Of a DNA stretch of 64,000 bases, positions 45,356-55,557 are shown in pieces (positions within the stretch are counted from its first letter, which is position 1; each line of letters starts with the position of its first letter). This DNA comes from Patescibacteria group bacterium (lineage in GTDB: Bacteria; Patescibacteriota; Minisyncoccia; UBA6257; 1-14-0-10-40-38): NCBI GenBank assembly GCA_038064975.1, contig JBBTRX010000006.1, positions 79,154-143,153 on the forward strand. Reading direction: 5' to 3'. Position numbers and translations under genes: made by a program. The notes under the pieces are model-generated. The model ran no database searches. It saw only the letters and a list, made by a program, of their open reading frames with translations, and had not been told where the DNA came from.

Positions 45356-46804
45356 TTATTTTTTTCTTACCAAGGGGAATATCACGGTTTCTCGTACCGG
45401 TTTATCCATAAGGATAGCAAAAAAACGTTCCGATACCCCAAATCCAGCCGTAGGAGGCATGCCATATTCCATCGCCTCAAGATAATCCTCGTCAATCATC
45501 TGCGCTTCTTTATCCCCCCTTTCACGAAGTGCCATTTGATCCTCAAATCGTTTTCGCTGATCTAACGGATCATTTAATTCTGAAAATCCTTTTCCTAATT
45601 CTGTCCCGCACGCAACAATTTGGAAACGTTCTACACGATTCGAATCTTCTTCGCTTCGTTTTGCGAGCGGCTCGAGAGTGAGAGGAGGATTAATCAAAAA
45701 TGCAGGCTGTATAAGCGTGTGACGGACCGTATGCTTGAAAAGGAGATCAATAAGCCGGCCTTCTCCCATTTCTCGGGAAACGCCAGGAATATTAAGTGAC
45801 ATAGCCTTTGCAAGCAATGCCTCATGCGTAGTAGTAGAGAGATCAATGCCGGTCCCCTTCTTGAAGAGGGTATAGTAATCAAGGCGAGGCCATTTTTTGC
45901 CCCAGGCGATGGTTTTGCCGTCGCGCACAGTCACGAGTTTGCCGCACGTTTCTTTAATGGCAGATTTCAGTGTTTTTTCCAAAAACTTCATGAGTCCATG
46001 ATAATCCTGATACGCCCAATACATTTCCATCTGCGTATAATCCTGAAGATGTTCAGCATCAATGCCTTCATTTCTAAATATACGCCCGATTTCAAATACT
46101 TTTTCAAAACCCGCAACCATAAGTCGCTTCAAGGGAAGTTCAAGAGAAATACGCAAATAGAAATCCTGATTTAGTGCGTTGTGATGAGTAACAAATGGTT
46201 CGGCTTCTGCACCGCCGGGAATCGTTTCTAAAACCGGAGTCTCAACTTCAAGAAATCCTTCGCCCAAAAGAGATCTGCGAATTGAATTCCAAAAAGCAGC
46301 TTTTTTCTCAAAAAGTTTTTTAGTTTCCGAATTGAAAAGAATATCAAGATACCGTTTACGAAATCTTGTTTCCGCGTCAGTTAGCCCATGCCACTGAGAG
46401 GGTAAGGGTAGAAGGCTTTTTGAGAGCATCGCCATTTTCTTAACAGCTAAACTCTTTTCTCCGCGTTTCGTTTCAAAAACAGTTCCGAATGCGTTTAAAA
46501 AATCGCCGATATCAAGCGCATCATAAAATAAAGTAAATTCCGAAAAATCTTCTTTTTTAACAACCAACTGCAGAGATCCGCTTTCGTCTTCCAGATCCGC
46601 AAAAATAAGCGAACCCTGTTTACGGAGACCGCGCACTCTTCCCACGATTGCAATTCGCTTTTTTGATTTTACAAGGATCCCAAAACTATCCCGCACATCT
46701 CCTATGCGATGTGTTCTGGTAAGACGGGCCGGATATGGATCTTTCCCCGCTGACTTTAAAAGTTCGAGTTTTTTTACCCTCTCATTGCGAAGTTCATCAA
46801 GCAT
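45356..46804 (-). CDS. lysS: lysine--tRNA ligase (class II)
   Basis: N-terminal OB anticodon-binding domain plus class II catalytic domain (GGAEAEPF, ELGKGFSELNDP). Confidence 0.9.
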   Translation of the reverse strand: MLDELRNERVKKLELLKSAGKDPYPARLTRTHRIGDVRDSFGILVKSKKRIAIVGRVRGLRKQGSLIFADLEDESGSLQLVVKKEDFSEFTLFYDALDIGDFLNAFGTVFETKRGEKSLAVKKMAMLSKSLLPLPSQWHGLTDAETRFRKRYLDILFNSETKKLFEKKAAFWNSIRRSLLGEGFLEVETPVLETIPGGAEAEPFVTHHNALNQDFYLRISLELPLKRLMVAGFEKVFEIGRIFRNEGIDAEHLQDYTQMEMYWAYQDYHGLMKFLEKTLKSAIKETCGKLVTVRDGKTIAWGKKWPRLDYYTLFKKGTGIDLSTTTHEALLAKAMSLNIPGVSREMGEGRLIDLLFKHTVRHTLIQPAFLINPPLTLEPLAKRSEEDSNRVERFQIVACGTELGKGFSELNDPLDQRKRFEDQMALRERGDKEAQMIDEDYLEAMEYGMPPTAGFGVSERFFAILMDKPVRETVIFPLVRKK

Positions 46805-46816
46805 AAGAGAACGCTC

Positions 46817-47269
46817 CTATTCAATTTTGGTAATAGTATATACGCGAACGCCGTTGGGAGTTTTTACAGAAACCTTGTCTCCTTCCTTCTTTTCTAAAAA
46901 TGCTTTTCCGATGGGAGATTCATTGGAAATTTTTCCTGCATCAGGAGCTGCTTCGTTTGATCCTACGATAGCAAACACACGTTCCGTTCCATTACATTCA
47001 GCACTCACGGTTGATCCCACTTGCACGCTAGAATGTGTCTTCGGCTTAGTAATAATAACGGCATCTTTGAGCATTTGCTCGATATCATAAATCCTGCGCT
47101 CAACTTGGCGCTGTTCGTCCCGTGCTTCCGCGTATTCTGCATTTTCAGAAAGATCACCGAGCTCTTTCGCCCGCTTGAGACGTTTCGCAACCTCAATACG
47201 TCTTGTTGTTTGTAAATATTCTAATTCCACCTTTAATTCCTCAATACGCTCTTTGCTTAGATATTCCAT
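46817..47269 (-). CDS. greA: transcription elongation factor GreA
   Basis: Coiled-coil N-terminal domain with DLSENAEY and an FKBP-like C-terminal domain. Confidence 0.85.
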   Translation of the reverse strand: MEYLSKERIEELKVELEYLQTTRRIEVAKRLKRAKELGDLSENAEYAEARDEQRQVERRIYDIEQMLKDAVIITKPKTHSSVQVGSTVSAECNGTERVFAIVGSNEAAPDAGKISNESPIGKAFLEKKEGDKVSVKTPNGVRVYTITKIE

Positions 47270-47320
47270 AAATGATATGTGTTCGGTTTACGGGTTTTTT
47301 ACTTTTCAATAACCTTAATA

Positions 47321-48067
47321 CTATACGGCGTTTGAGGGCATCTCTTCTACTCGGCTTTTCCGCCGAAGCTGCCACCAGATTGTAGCGGTTTCACGGCCTG
47401 TTTGCAAGTATGAAATAGGGTTTTTCTGCGATTTAATTACCATAGAAACGGGAATCTCTTCAATCCTGTAGCCTAGCGCCGTGCCACGAGTAACCGCTTC
47501 ACACAAATAGCCGAAGTCTTGAGATTGCATACGTGAGAAAATAGGATCTACAATTTCTTCGGAAACACATAAAAATGGAGTCAAAACGTCTCTCACGGAC
47601 GATTTATGCGCAAGACGAAACGCTATATTCATCCCCCCCTCTATTAATCTCCTCATGATTGGCATGCCTTTTACGCTTGATTCGGGATGACTGCGCGAAG
47701 CAATAAACATATGGGTATTTTCCCGGGGCGCAATGCGAGGAATAAGGGCGGCGAACTCCGCAACAGAAATTGATTCATAAGGATCAGTAACAAGCCGCCA
47801 TACCCCTTTACTTGTAAGAACTCCAATTTTCACCGCGGTTCCAATACCTCTCGTTCCTGCATTTTGGATAATTTTAAGATTTTTAACGGTAGGCACTAGA
47901 GCATTTACTGCCGCAGCAGTCCTATCTTCCGATCCATCATCAACCACCAAGATCTCATAGGAGAATTTCTTTTCACGGAGATAGCGATCAACATCAAGAA
48001 GCATGAGAGAAATAGTTTCTCCATTATCGCGCGTTGGAATAATTACAGAGAGGTAAGGCTTTGCCAT
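47321..48067 (-). CDS. family 2 glycosyltransferase (dolichyl/polyprenyl-phosphate sugar transferase-like)
   Basis: LSVIIPTRDNGETI and VVDDGSEDRT (DXD). Confidence 0.8.
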   Translation of the reverse strand: MAKPYLSVIIPTRDNGETISLMLLDVDRYLREKKFSYEILVVDDGSEDRTAAAVNALVPTVKNLKIIQNAGTRGIGTAVKIGVLTSKGVWRLVTDPYESISVAEFAALIPRIAPRENTHMFIASRSHPESSVKGMPIMRRLIEGGMNIAFRLAHKSSVRDVLTPFLCVSEEIVDPIFSRMQSQDFGYLCEAVTRGTALGYRIEEIPVSMVIKSQKNPISYLQTGRETATIWWQLRRKSRVEEMPSNAV

Positions 48068-48074
48068 GGAATTC

Positions 48075-48839
48075 TTATAATAGCGGCGTGAGTATTTCCG
48101 GCAGTGTTTTGGTTACGAGAACGGTATGCTCAAAATGTGCGCTCAAACTTTTATCTTTCGTCCCATAACTTTCATCTTCTTTTTGGATGATCTCTCCCGA
48201 CCCAACGGTAAACATCGGTTCAAGAGCAAAAACCATTCCCGCTTCAAGCTTGCGACCCTTTCCCTTATCCGCCTCATTCCAAACTGGAGGATCTTCGTGA
48301 AGCCGAGATCCGATAGCATGGCCTGTGAGTCCTTTGGCAACCGAAAATCCATACGCCCTAGCGATTGATTGTATCTCGTATCCAACGTCTCCCAATGTAT
48401 TTCCTGGAACCATTTTTTTAATAGCGCGAGCAAGACCCTCTTCAGTTGCAGTAATTAATTTTTGCGCCGTCTCGGAAACCACATCAATAGGAACGGTAAC
48501 TGCAGCGTCGGCATGATATCCTTCCCAAATAACACCAAGGTCAATTTTAAGAATATCCCCTTTTTTGAGCGCATAGCCGCTTGGCACGCCATGGACGATT
48601 GTATCGTTAACAGAAGCACACAGAGTCGCCGGGTACGGCCGTGTAGCACCGTCAGGACGATACCCAAGAAACGATGGCCTTGCACCAGCGTCTTGGATCA
48701 TCCGAAATGCTATCCGATCAAGATCAATAAGACGAATACCTGGTTTCGCTTCTTTTTTTAAAATTGACAAAACGGCACCTAGTAAGGCACCAGCTTTTCT
48801 CATCTTATTGATTTCTTGTTCGGTTTTTATGAGAGCCAT
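48075..48839 (-). CDS. map: type I methionine aminopeptidase
   Basis: Pita-bread fold; the conserved Asp/His/Glu ligands are present. Confidence 0.9.
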   Translation of the reverse strand: MALIKTEQEINKMRKAGALLGAVLSILKKEAKPGIRLIDLDRIAFRMIQDAGARPSFLGYRPDGATRPYPATLCASVNDTIVHGVPSGYALKKGDILKIDLGVIWEGYHADAAVTVPIDVVSETAQKLITATEEGLARAIKKMVPGNTLGDVGYEIQSIARAYGFSVAKGLTGHAIGSRLHEDPPVWNEADKGKGRKLEAGMVFALEPMFTVGSGEIIQKEDESYGTKDKSLSAHFEHTVLVTKTLPEILTPLL

Positions 48840-49519
48840 GCGTCAATTGCCTGAAAAACTTGATATGGCTTTAGCGCTCCATTTACGGTATGCATATTAT
48901 ATCCTTTTTCTTCTAACGTGCGGATAACAGGAAGCGTTTCCTCTTTAAATATCTCATATCGATGCTTAATGACGCGAGGAACATCCAACTTTCTCTTTCT
49001 TAGTTTGCCTCGACAGACCGCACAGGACGTAACGCCGGGCATAGCAGACGCTCCACACACCGAGCAGATTTTCCGTTTAGAATTTCTAGTGATGGATTCT
49101 TTTTCAGAAACCGCAATATGGAAAAAATATAGGTTCTCTTTCCCATAGAGGTTTACAAGAAGATCTAACACTCCTTCTCCATGAGGCTTATCAAATGTCT
49201 CTTCTTTAGTACGAAGCGATCCGCTTAAAATAATACCCATACCACACTTCGCAAAATATTTAATTTCTTGAAGGAAAATCTTAAGTACCCAGTCAGGATC
49301 GCATAATTCGCCGCCGTCAAAGCGCTTGCGCTGTTCTTGAATGAAAGCGTCATTTTTATTTTTCGGATCGTGCACAATAGACTCCAAAATTGATCCGGTA
49401 TCAATATTATTGAGCCCTCTTTTTTTGCCCAATAAATACGCTTGAGTTCCCTTTCCTGAACCTGGAGGCCCATACAATATGACAGCGTTGTTCTGCATTT
49501 TTGGATTATAACATATCAA
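48827..49519 (-). CDS. adk: adenylate kinase with Cys4 zinc lid
   Basis: GPPGSGKGTQA, and a lid CSVCGAS...CAVCRG. Confidence 0.85.
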   Translation of the reverse strand: MICYNPKMQNNAVILYGPPGSGKGTQAYLLGKKRGLNNIDTGSILESIVHDPKNKNDAFIQEQRKRFDGGELCDPDWVLKIFLQEIKYFAKCGMGIILSGSLRTKEETFDKPHGEGVLDLLVNLYGKENLYFFHIAVSEKESITRNSKRKICSVCGASAMPGVTSCAVCRGKLRKRKLDVPRVIKHRYEIFKEETLPVIRTLEEKGYNMHTVNGALKPYQVFQAIDAWLS

Positions 49520-49653
49520 GGAGCTCGAGGAGCGAAGAGCGTCGAGGAGTGAAGAACGACGAAGATACTAAGCTTAGCAAAGCGGAGTGATACATTACTT
49601 GTTTCGTCGTAGTTTAGCAAAACGCGACGAACCTTATTGTTTTTCGCATCGGT

Positions 49654-49690
49654 ATAAAAAAAGTTCCCACCAACGGATTCGTTGGTGGGA
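49654..49690 (-). terminator. intrinsic terminator after the 100-aa ORF (end of the secY transcription unit)
   Basis: cccaccaacg-gatt-cgttggtggg with a U-tract on the minus strand. Confidence 0.65.
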
Positions 49691-49712
49691 GCGTAGTAGA
49701 GTCTTCCCTGTA

Positions 49713-50015
49713 TTACTCCAAATTGCGACCCATTCTCTCAAGAACAGCATTTGCTCTATGAATGATGGTAGTCTGCCCCATCCTGTATTCTTTCGCCGCC
49801 GCGGCAAGTTCACTTGCCTCCGTGCCGTGGTCAGCAACCAATCTCAAAATTCTTTCTTCTGATTCCCTGATCCCCGTCTCACGCCAGGCACGTTCCACTT
49901 TCTCCCGCTCCGCTAGCGAAACCACCTTCCCATTTGCGAGATCTGGGAATCGCACCGGAATAATCCTCCACAGGATTGCCACGTTCCCCTTCTCCACTGC
50001 GGTACTTACTTGCAC
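49713..50015 (-). CDS. hypothetical 100-aa protein between secY and adk
   Basis: Charged alpha-helical composition; directly followed by its own terminator. Overlapping ORFs on both strands (local GC-rich composition) lower the confidence. Confidence 0.35.
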   Translation of the reverse strand: MQVSTAVEKGNVAILWRIIPVRFPDLANGKVVSLAEREKVERAWRETGIRESEERILRLVADHGTEASELAAAAKEYRMGQTTIIHRANAVLERMGRNLE

Positions 50016-50154
50016 ACCGTCCTCCTCTTTAGGTCTCTTAAAGGAAAAACATCAACTCAAGAGCGGGTTGATGTTACCTTTCACGGAATCATATTCCTAT
50101 CCGAAATTATTAGCAAGCCCTCTTAACTTTCTAAAAGTTGGGAGAGTAAATACC

Positions 50155-51426
50155 CTATTGTATTCCCTCGTATTCGCGAAGAATGAGCTGAGAATCAATC
50201 TGTTGCATCGTTTCAAGAGCAACTGCAACAACAATAAGGAGCGCAGTGCCACCGATCGTAAGTACTTGGACTTGAGTAATAAGCTGAGTGACGTTCGGAA
50301 GAACCGCTACGATACCAAGAAATACTGCACCGAAGAACGTAATGCGCTTCGTTAATTTTCCCAAAAATTCACCGGAGGGTTCGCCCGGGCGGATACCAGG
50401 AATAAATCCGCCGCTCCGCTGGAGATTTTGTGAAATCTTTTTCGTATCAAAGGTAATCGCGGTATAAAAATACGTAAATACAACAACGAGCGTGAAATAG
50501 ATAATACTGTAAATAATCTGATTATTAAGAAATCCGTTCACGAATGCGAACGCGCGACTAGAAAGTCCAGGAGAAATAATTGCAATGATCTGCGCCAGAA
50601 ATTGCGGAAAGAGTAAAATAGAAATAGCGAAGATAATAGGAATTACTCCTGCCTGGTTAACGCGAAGCGGAAGATAGCTTGTAGAACCTCCATACATTCT
50701 ATTGCCGCGCACCCGCTTTGAATATGAAATAGGAACCTTGCGCTCTCCTTGATTAACGAAGACAACTCCGGCGATAATCACCACGCTCAAAACTAAGAAA
50801 GCGATGTATGTCGGAAGAAGTGATGAGTTATACGAAATAAATGCCTGGCGAATTGACGTCGGAATTCCAGAAACGATACCGGCGAAGATAAGGAGCGAGA
50901 TACCATTACCGATTTTATACTCGCTGATAATTTCTCCGATCCACATAAGAACGATGGATCCTGCGACAATAACCGCGATATTTGAAAGTAAAGACGCGGT
51001 TGAAAGATGCGTAATAACATTCTGGCTCTCTAAAAGCTTCAAGAAGCTGTATCCCTGCAAGAAGGCAAGCGGAACCGTAAGGTAGCGGGAATACCGGTTG
51101 AACTTTGCCTTTCCCATTTCTCCTTCCTCGTAGTACATAGCTTTCATCGCAGGAAAAATCATCGTCAAAAGCTGCATGATAATGGTCGCCGTGATATACG
51201 GTCCAACGCCCAACATCATAATAGAGAGGTTAGAAAACGCCCCTCCTGAAAATAGGTTCAAAAAGCCAAAAAGCTGGTTCCCTTCCAAGAAAGCGCGAAG
51301 CTGTGCAGCATCTACTCCTGGAATTGGAATTACGGCTAGTAAACGAAAAATGCCCAACCAGAGCAAGACCATAAAAATTTTCTTGCGAAGGTCGGGAATT
51401 TTGAAGATTTGCAGAAATTTACCCAT
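50155..51426 (-). CDS. secY: preprotein translocase subunit SecY
   Basis: Ten TM helices and a conserved plug/hinge. It follows rplO. Confidence 0.92.
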   Translation of the reverse strand: MGKFLQIFKIPDLRKKIFMVLLWLGIFRLLAVIPIPGVDAAQLRAFLEGNQLFGFLNLFSGGAFSNLSIMMLGVGPYITATIIMQLLTMIFPAMKAMYYEEGEMGKAKFNRYSRYLTVPLAFLQGYSFLKLLESQNVITHLSTASLLSNIAVIVAGSIVLMWIGEIISEYKIGNGISLLIFAGIVSGIPTSIRQAFISYNSSLLPTYIAFLVLSVVIIAGVVFVNQGERKVPISYSKRVRGNRMYGGSTSYLPLRVNQAGVIPIIFAISILLFPQFLAQIIAIISPGLSSRAFAFVNGFLNNQIIYSIIYFTLVVVFTYFYTAITFDTKKISQNLQRSGGFIPGIRPGEPSGEFLGKLTKRITFFGAVFLGIVAVLPNVTQLITQVQVLTIGGTALLIVVAVALETMQQIDSQLILREYEGIQ

Positions 51427-51429
51427 GAT

Positions 51430-51864
51430 TTATTTTATATCAGAAACAATTTTTCCGCCCGCGGCCTCAATTTTCTTTCTCGCTTCAGCAGAAACCGGAA
51501 TGTTATGAATAGTAACTGCGCTTTTGATTTCCCCGTCTCCCAAGATCTTAACCATTTGATCCCGTTTCGTAATGAGTCCAATCTCCTGGAGCGTCGAGAT
51601 ACTCACTTGTCCTCCGGAAAACTTTTTACCAATAATTCCGACGTTGAGCGCAATGATTTTAGTACGAAGATTTCTATTCTTAAAACCACGCAATTTTGGA
51701 ATGCGTTGGATCATGTCCCGCTCCGCAGGGCGAATACGCCGTCCCGATCGGGATTTTTGTCCCTTTGTTCCTTTGCCGGATGTTGTACCACGCTTACCTC
51801 CTCGGCCAACGCGAGTTTTCTTTTCCTTTCGGGCGTGATGCGATGTAAGTTTGTGCAATTGCAT
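51430..51864 (-). CDS. rplO: 50S ribosomal protein L15
   Basis: GRGGKRGTTSGKGTKGQKSRSG. Confidence 0.88.
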   Translation of the reverse strand: MQLHKLTSHHARKEKKTRVGRGGKRGTTSGKGTKGQKSRSGRRIRPAERDMIQRIPKLRGFKNRNLRTKIIALNVGIIGKKFSGGQVSISTLQEIGLITKRDQMVKILGDGEIKSAVTIHNIPVSAEARKKIEAAGGKIVSDIK

Positions 51865-51865
51865 A

Positions 51866-52372
51866 TTAGTCGTTTAAAATTCTTACTCCCACATACGCTT
51901 TCGCGCCATGAAGTTGTTTTAACGCTTCAATAGTAGCGAGAGCATTCGTAAGTTTATTCGGAGTGCGTCCGACGCACTTCGCACTGATATCCTTCACTCC
52001 CGCGAGTGAGAGCACCACACGCGCTGCTCCTCCGGCAATAAGTCCGTGTCCGGTTTTCGCAGGCTTTAAGCGGATCTTTGCCGCGCTAAATTTCGCCTCA
52101 ACTTCATGAGGAATCGTTCTCCCCTTGAGAGGAATAGAAATTAAATTGCGTTTTGCGTTTGAACGGGCTTTTTGGATAGTCGTTTGAACATCAAGTCCTT
52201 TTGCAACTCCTGCTCCTACTTTTCCTTTTTCATCGCCAATAACTACCGTAGCGCGAAAACGGAACCGTTTGCCTCCTTTTGTAACACGAGAAACACGGCG
52301 CAAATCAAGCAATGCGTCTTTGAATTCATCCTTTTTAACTTGCGGGCGTCCTCCCCGTTGTTGAGGTCTCAT
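51866..52372 (-). CDS. rpsE: 30S ribosomal protein S5
   Basis: S5 dsRBD plus a C-terminal domain. Start chosen at MRPQQRGG. It abuts rplO directly, with no rpmD (L30) in between. Confidence 0.85.
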   Translation of the reverse strand: MRPQQRGGRPQVKKDEFKDALLDLRRVSRVTKGGKRFRFRATVVIGDEKGKVGAGVAKGLDVQTTIQKARSNAKRNLISIPLKGRTIPHEVEAKFSAAKIRLKPAKTGHGLIAGGAARVVLSLAGVKDISAKCVGRTPNKLTNALATIEALKQLHGAKAYVGVRILND

Positions 52373-52376
52373 AATG

Positions 52377-52727
52377 TTATATCGTAATTCCGGCCTTGCG
52401 CACGCCATCTGCCAAGCTTTTTACTCTGCCGTGGTATTTATATGCTCCTTTATCAAGAACCAAGGCCTTTACTCCCTTTTCTTGAGCTTTCTTCGCCAAA
52501 TCACCTCCAAGCTTCTCCGCTTGTTCGGCTTTCTTCTTCGGCGATTTCATACCACGAGTTGATCCGCTTGCGAGAGTAACACGAGCGTCGTCATTAATAA
52601 TCTGCGCATGCAGATAGCGATTACTGCGAAAAATCGTAAGACGCGGACGTTCGTTCGTGCCCCTGATTTTTGCGCGAATCCTTGCTTTGCGCCGATCTCT
52701 AATTTGTACAATAGTCTTCTTTTTCAT
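52377..52727 (-). CDS. rplR: 50S ribosomal protein L18
   Basis: Conserved RLTIFRSNRYLHAQIIDD. Confidence 0.88.
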   Translation of the reverse strand: MKKKTIVQIRDRRKARIRAKIRGTNERPRLTIFRSNRYLHAQIINDDARVTLASGSTRGMKSPKKKAEQAEKLGGDLAKKAQEKGVKALVLDKGAYKYHGRVKSLADGVRKAGITI

Positions 52728-52732
52728 ATCCG

Positions 52733-53281
52733 TTATGCTGCGCCAGCGCCTGCAACTTTCTTACCGGCCTTGCGGCGGACAGCTTCTCCGGTGTAGCGAA
52801 TACCCTTACCTTTATATGGCTCCGGCTTTTTAACTTTACGGATAGTCGCAGCAACTTGGCCTACTATCGCCTTATCAATTCCCGTAACCGTAATGGTGTT
52901 TTTCTCTACAGTAACCGAGGCACCTGGGACCGAGTCTACTTTAATTGAGTGGGAAAATCCAACATTCAAAAGAAGCTTATCTCCTTCCATACTTGCTTTG
53001 TAGCCGACGCCTTCAACTTCAAGTTTCTGCGTATATCCTTCCGTTACCCCTATAAAAGCATTCTTCACTAAAGCAGTGACCGTTCCTACGTTGGAGCGTG
53101 CCTGCTTCGTAAAACCATTGGTAGAAATCATGATCGCATTATCTTTGATCTCTGCAGCAATAGATTGGAGTACTGGAATGGTAAGTTCTCCTTTCGCGCC
53201 CTTAATCAAAAGCTTGCCATCTCCTTTAGTGATGGTTACTCCCTGCGGTATCGCAATTGGTTTTCGTGCAAGTTTGCTCAT
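52733..53281 (-). CDS. rplF: 50S ribosomal protein L6
   Basis: Tandem L6 domains. Confidence 0.88.
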   Translation of the reverse strand: MSKLARKPIAIPQGVTITKGDGKLLIKGAKGELTIPVLQSIAAEIKDNAIMISTNGFTKQARSNVGTVTALVKNAFIGVTEGYTQKLEVEGVGYKASMEGDKLLLNVGFSHSIKVDSVPGASVTVEKNTITVTGIDKAIVGQVAATIRKVKKPEPYKGKGIRYTGEAVRRKAGKKVAGAGAA

Positions 53282-53291
53282 AGGATTCTAT

Positions 53292-53672
53292 TTACCAAAT
53301 TTCAAATAATACTTCGCCGCCCAACTTTTTAGCGCGAGCATCTTTATTCGTCATGATGCCCTGTGGAGTGGAAATAACCATCATGCCGTAGCCCTGTTTA
53401 ATGGCACGGATATCACGGTAGCCCACGTATTTCCGAAGTGACGGTTTGCTGACGAACTTAACACCGCGAATAGCGCCTCTGCCTTCTTTATAGTTGAGGC
53501 CAATTTCAATAATGCGCTTAGAAGTACGTCCTTTCTTTTCAGCGCCAGCAATATACTTGTTTGCCGCGAGCACTTCAGCAACCGCAAAATCCATGTTGGA
53601 ATACGGAGCTTTTACAGAGTCCCGTTTTACCGCTTGCGCATTTTTAATTCTAGTTAAGAGATCAATATACAT
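53292..53672 (-). CDS. rpsH: 30S ribosomal protein S8
   Basis: MYIDLLTRIKNAQAVKR. Confidence 0.88.
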   Translation of the reverse strand: MYIDLLTRIKNAQAVKRDSVKAPYSNMDFAVAEVLAANKYIAGAEKKGRTSKRIIEIGLNYKEGRGAIRGVKFVSKPSLRKYVGYRDIRAIKQGYGMMVISTPQGIMTNKDARAKKLGGEVLFEIW

Positions 53673-53676
53673 ATAA

Positions 53677-53862
53677 TTACCACGATGCTTTTTTTACTCC
53701 TGGAATTTCGCCTTGGGATGCAAGTTCACGGAAACAAATTCTGCAAACGTTAAACATGCGCATATAGCCATGACGCCTTCCGCAGCGAAAACAGCGCCGG
53801 ACGATTCTGCTGGAAAATTTCGGTTTCTTTTTCGCTCGCGCTATGGTAGATTTCTTTGCCAT
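53677..53862 (-). CDS. rpsN: 30S ribosomal protein S14 type Z (zinc-binding)
   Basis: 61 aa, [10 protein letters not shown]...CRIC. Confidence 0.88.
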   Translation of the reverse strand: MAKKSTIARAKKKPKFSSRIVRRCFRCGRRHGYMRMFNVCRICFRELASQGEIPGVKKASW

Positions 53863-53864
53863 AA

Positions 53865-54407
53865 TTATGCTTTTTTGAGCGGAATGCTAAGCGACCGATA
53901 AAAACCAATTGCCGCCTCCCTCGTCATGCGTGATTTGGGAACGATAGTAATCTGAAGTCCAAACCCCGTTCGTGCGACATCAGGCATGATTTCCGGAAAA
54001 ACTATAGTTTCTTTAATGCCTACAGTCAAATTACCATTCTCATCAACAGTAGAAAGCGCGATGCCTTGGAAATCTTTAATACGAGGAAAAACGATAGCAA
54101 CGAGGCGCTCCAAGAAATGCTGCATGCGACGTCCGCGAAGCGTTGTTTTAAGACCAATCGTCATCCCCTCACGGAGCTTGAAGTTTGCAATAGATTTCTT
54201 CGCTGGACATGGAGCCGGTCTCTGTCCGGTAATCGCAGCAACGTCCTCAATAAGATTAGGGAGGATTTTGTCCTCAAAATGCGCTTGTGCCGTAGCAAGG
54301 CGGCCAAAACCCACATTGACGACAATTTTATCAATGCGCCGAAGAAGCTCGTCGGGGAGCATGAATCCTTTCTCTTTATGATCCTTATGTTTTGCCTCGG
54401 TAGTCAT
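53865..54407 (-). CDS. rplE: 50S ribosomal protein L5
   Basis: L5 fold; position in the spc operon. Confidence 0.88.
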   Translation of the reverse strand: MTTEAKHKDHKEKGFMLPDELLRRIDKIVVNVGFGRLATAQAHFEDKILPNLIEDVAAITGQRPAPCPAKKSIANFKLREGMTIGLKTTLRGRRMQHFLERLVAIVFPRIKDFQGIALSTVDENGNLTVGIKETIVFPEIMPDVARTGFGLQITIVPKSRMTREAAIGFYRSLSIPLKKA

Positions 54408-54414
54408 GGTTTCG

Positions 54415-54729
54415 TTATGAGCTGATTACTTTACCACACTTTTTACAAACACGGGAGAGGCTACCTTTTTCGCCTCCCATACCGACGCGAACTCCCTTTT
54501 TGCACGAAGAGCAATACGGCAAAACTTTTGCAGCATTAAGCGGTCGTGCGAGCGAAACAATCTCCCCTTTTTGACCTTCCTTTTTGGGGCGCACGTTCTT
54601 TTTGTACATATTAATACCGTCAACAAGAACCATGTTGCGTTCTGTGTCTACGGAAATAACCTTGCCGGTCTTTCCCTTATCTTTTCCGGCAATAATCTGT
54701 ACAGTATCGTTTTTTTTGATTCTCATCAT
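54415..54729 (-). CDS. rplX: 50S ribosomal protein L24 with C-terminal Cys4 zinc-ribbon extension
   Basis: MRIKKNDTVQIIAGKDKGKTGKV, then a tail CSSCKKG...CKKCGKV. Start chosen at the conserved Met, since the longer ORF overlaps rplN. Confidence 0.8.
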   Translation of the reverse strand: MMRIKKNDTVQIIAGKDKGKTGKVISVDTERNMVLVDGINMYKKNVRPKKEGQKGEIVSLARPLNAAKVLPYCSSCKKGVRVGMGGEKGSLSRVCKKCGKVISS

Positions 54730-54733
54730 AAAT

Positions 54734-55102
54734 TTAGACAATTTCTTCGGCAAGTGAAAATACTCCTTCATATCCCTTCTCTTTTACTTCGCGAGGGATA
54801 GGACCAAAAACGCGGGTTCCTTTCGGATTCTTTTTTTCATCAATGATCACAACCGCATTTTCATCAAAACGGATCCGAGTGCCATCCCCTCTCCGAATTG
54901 CGTCCTTACTGCGCACAACCACCGCTTTCACGATATCCTTCTTTTTCAAACCCTTCCGAGGTTCGGCAACTTGGACTGAAGCAATAACAACATCGCCAAC
55001 GCCCGCGTAACGTTTGCGGCTTCCGCCGAGCACTCTAAAACAGCGGACGATTTTCGCTCCGGAATTATCGGCAACTTTTAAAATTGATCGTTCTTGTACC
55101 AT
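54734..55102 (-). CDS. rplN: 50S ribosomal protein L14
   Basis: MVQERSILKVADNSGAK. Confidence 0.9.
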   Translation of the reverse strand: MVQERSILKVADNSGAKIVRCFRVLGGSRKRYAGVGDVVIASVQVAEPRKGLKKKDIVKAVVVRSKDAIRRGDGTRIRFDENAVVIIDEKKNPKGTRVFGPIPREVKEKGYEGVFSLAEEIV

Positions 55103-55103
55103 A

Positions 55104-55352
55104 TTACTGTTCTACTTGTTTTACCGCTTCGCGGGAAACCACTTTCCAGCGCTTCTCCCGACTCATCGGACGAGATTCTTGGATAACGACGGTATCTCCA
55201 ATCTTGCATTCATTGTTTTCATCATGAGCCTTAAACCGCGTCGTAACCTGGTACGGCTTTCCATACTGTTTGTGTTTCTTAATCGTTGAGACAACGACGA
55301 CGACAGTCTTATTCATTTTGTCTGAGGCAACAATGCCAGTAAGTTTTCTCAT
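55104..55352 (-). CDS. rpsQ: 30S ribosomal protein S17
   Basis: OB fold, 82 aa. Confidence 0.85.
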   Translation of the reverse strand: MRKLTGIVASDKMNKTVVVVVSTIKKHKQYGKPYQVTTRFKAHDENNECKIGDTVVIQESRPMSREKRWKVVSREAVKQVEQ

Positions 55353-55356
55353 AAAT

Positions 55357-55551
55357 TTATTTAGTATTCAAAATGGTAAGAATGCGCGCGATATCATGCT
55401 TAACTTGCTTAATTTCGCTCACATTTTTTACCTTCCCGGACGCGAGATCGGTTTTTAAATTCCACAAACGATCCTGCTGAGCTTTCAGTTCCTTAGAAAG
55501 CTCATCGGGCGTCGCGTTTTTCATTTTTTTAATAATTTCTTTTCCTTTCAT
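55357..55551 (-). CDS. rpmC: 50S ribosomal protein L29
   Basis: 64-aa helical hairpin; operon position. Confidence 0.8.
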   Translation of the reverse strand: MKGKEIIKKMKNATPDELSKELKAQQDRLWNLKTDLASGKVKNVSEIKQVKHDIARILTILNTK

Positions 55552-55557
55552 ATATTT

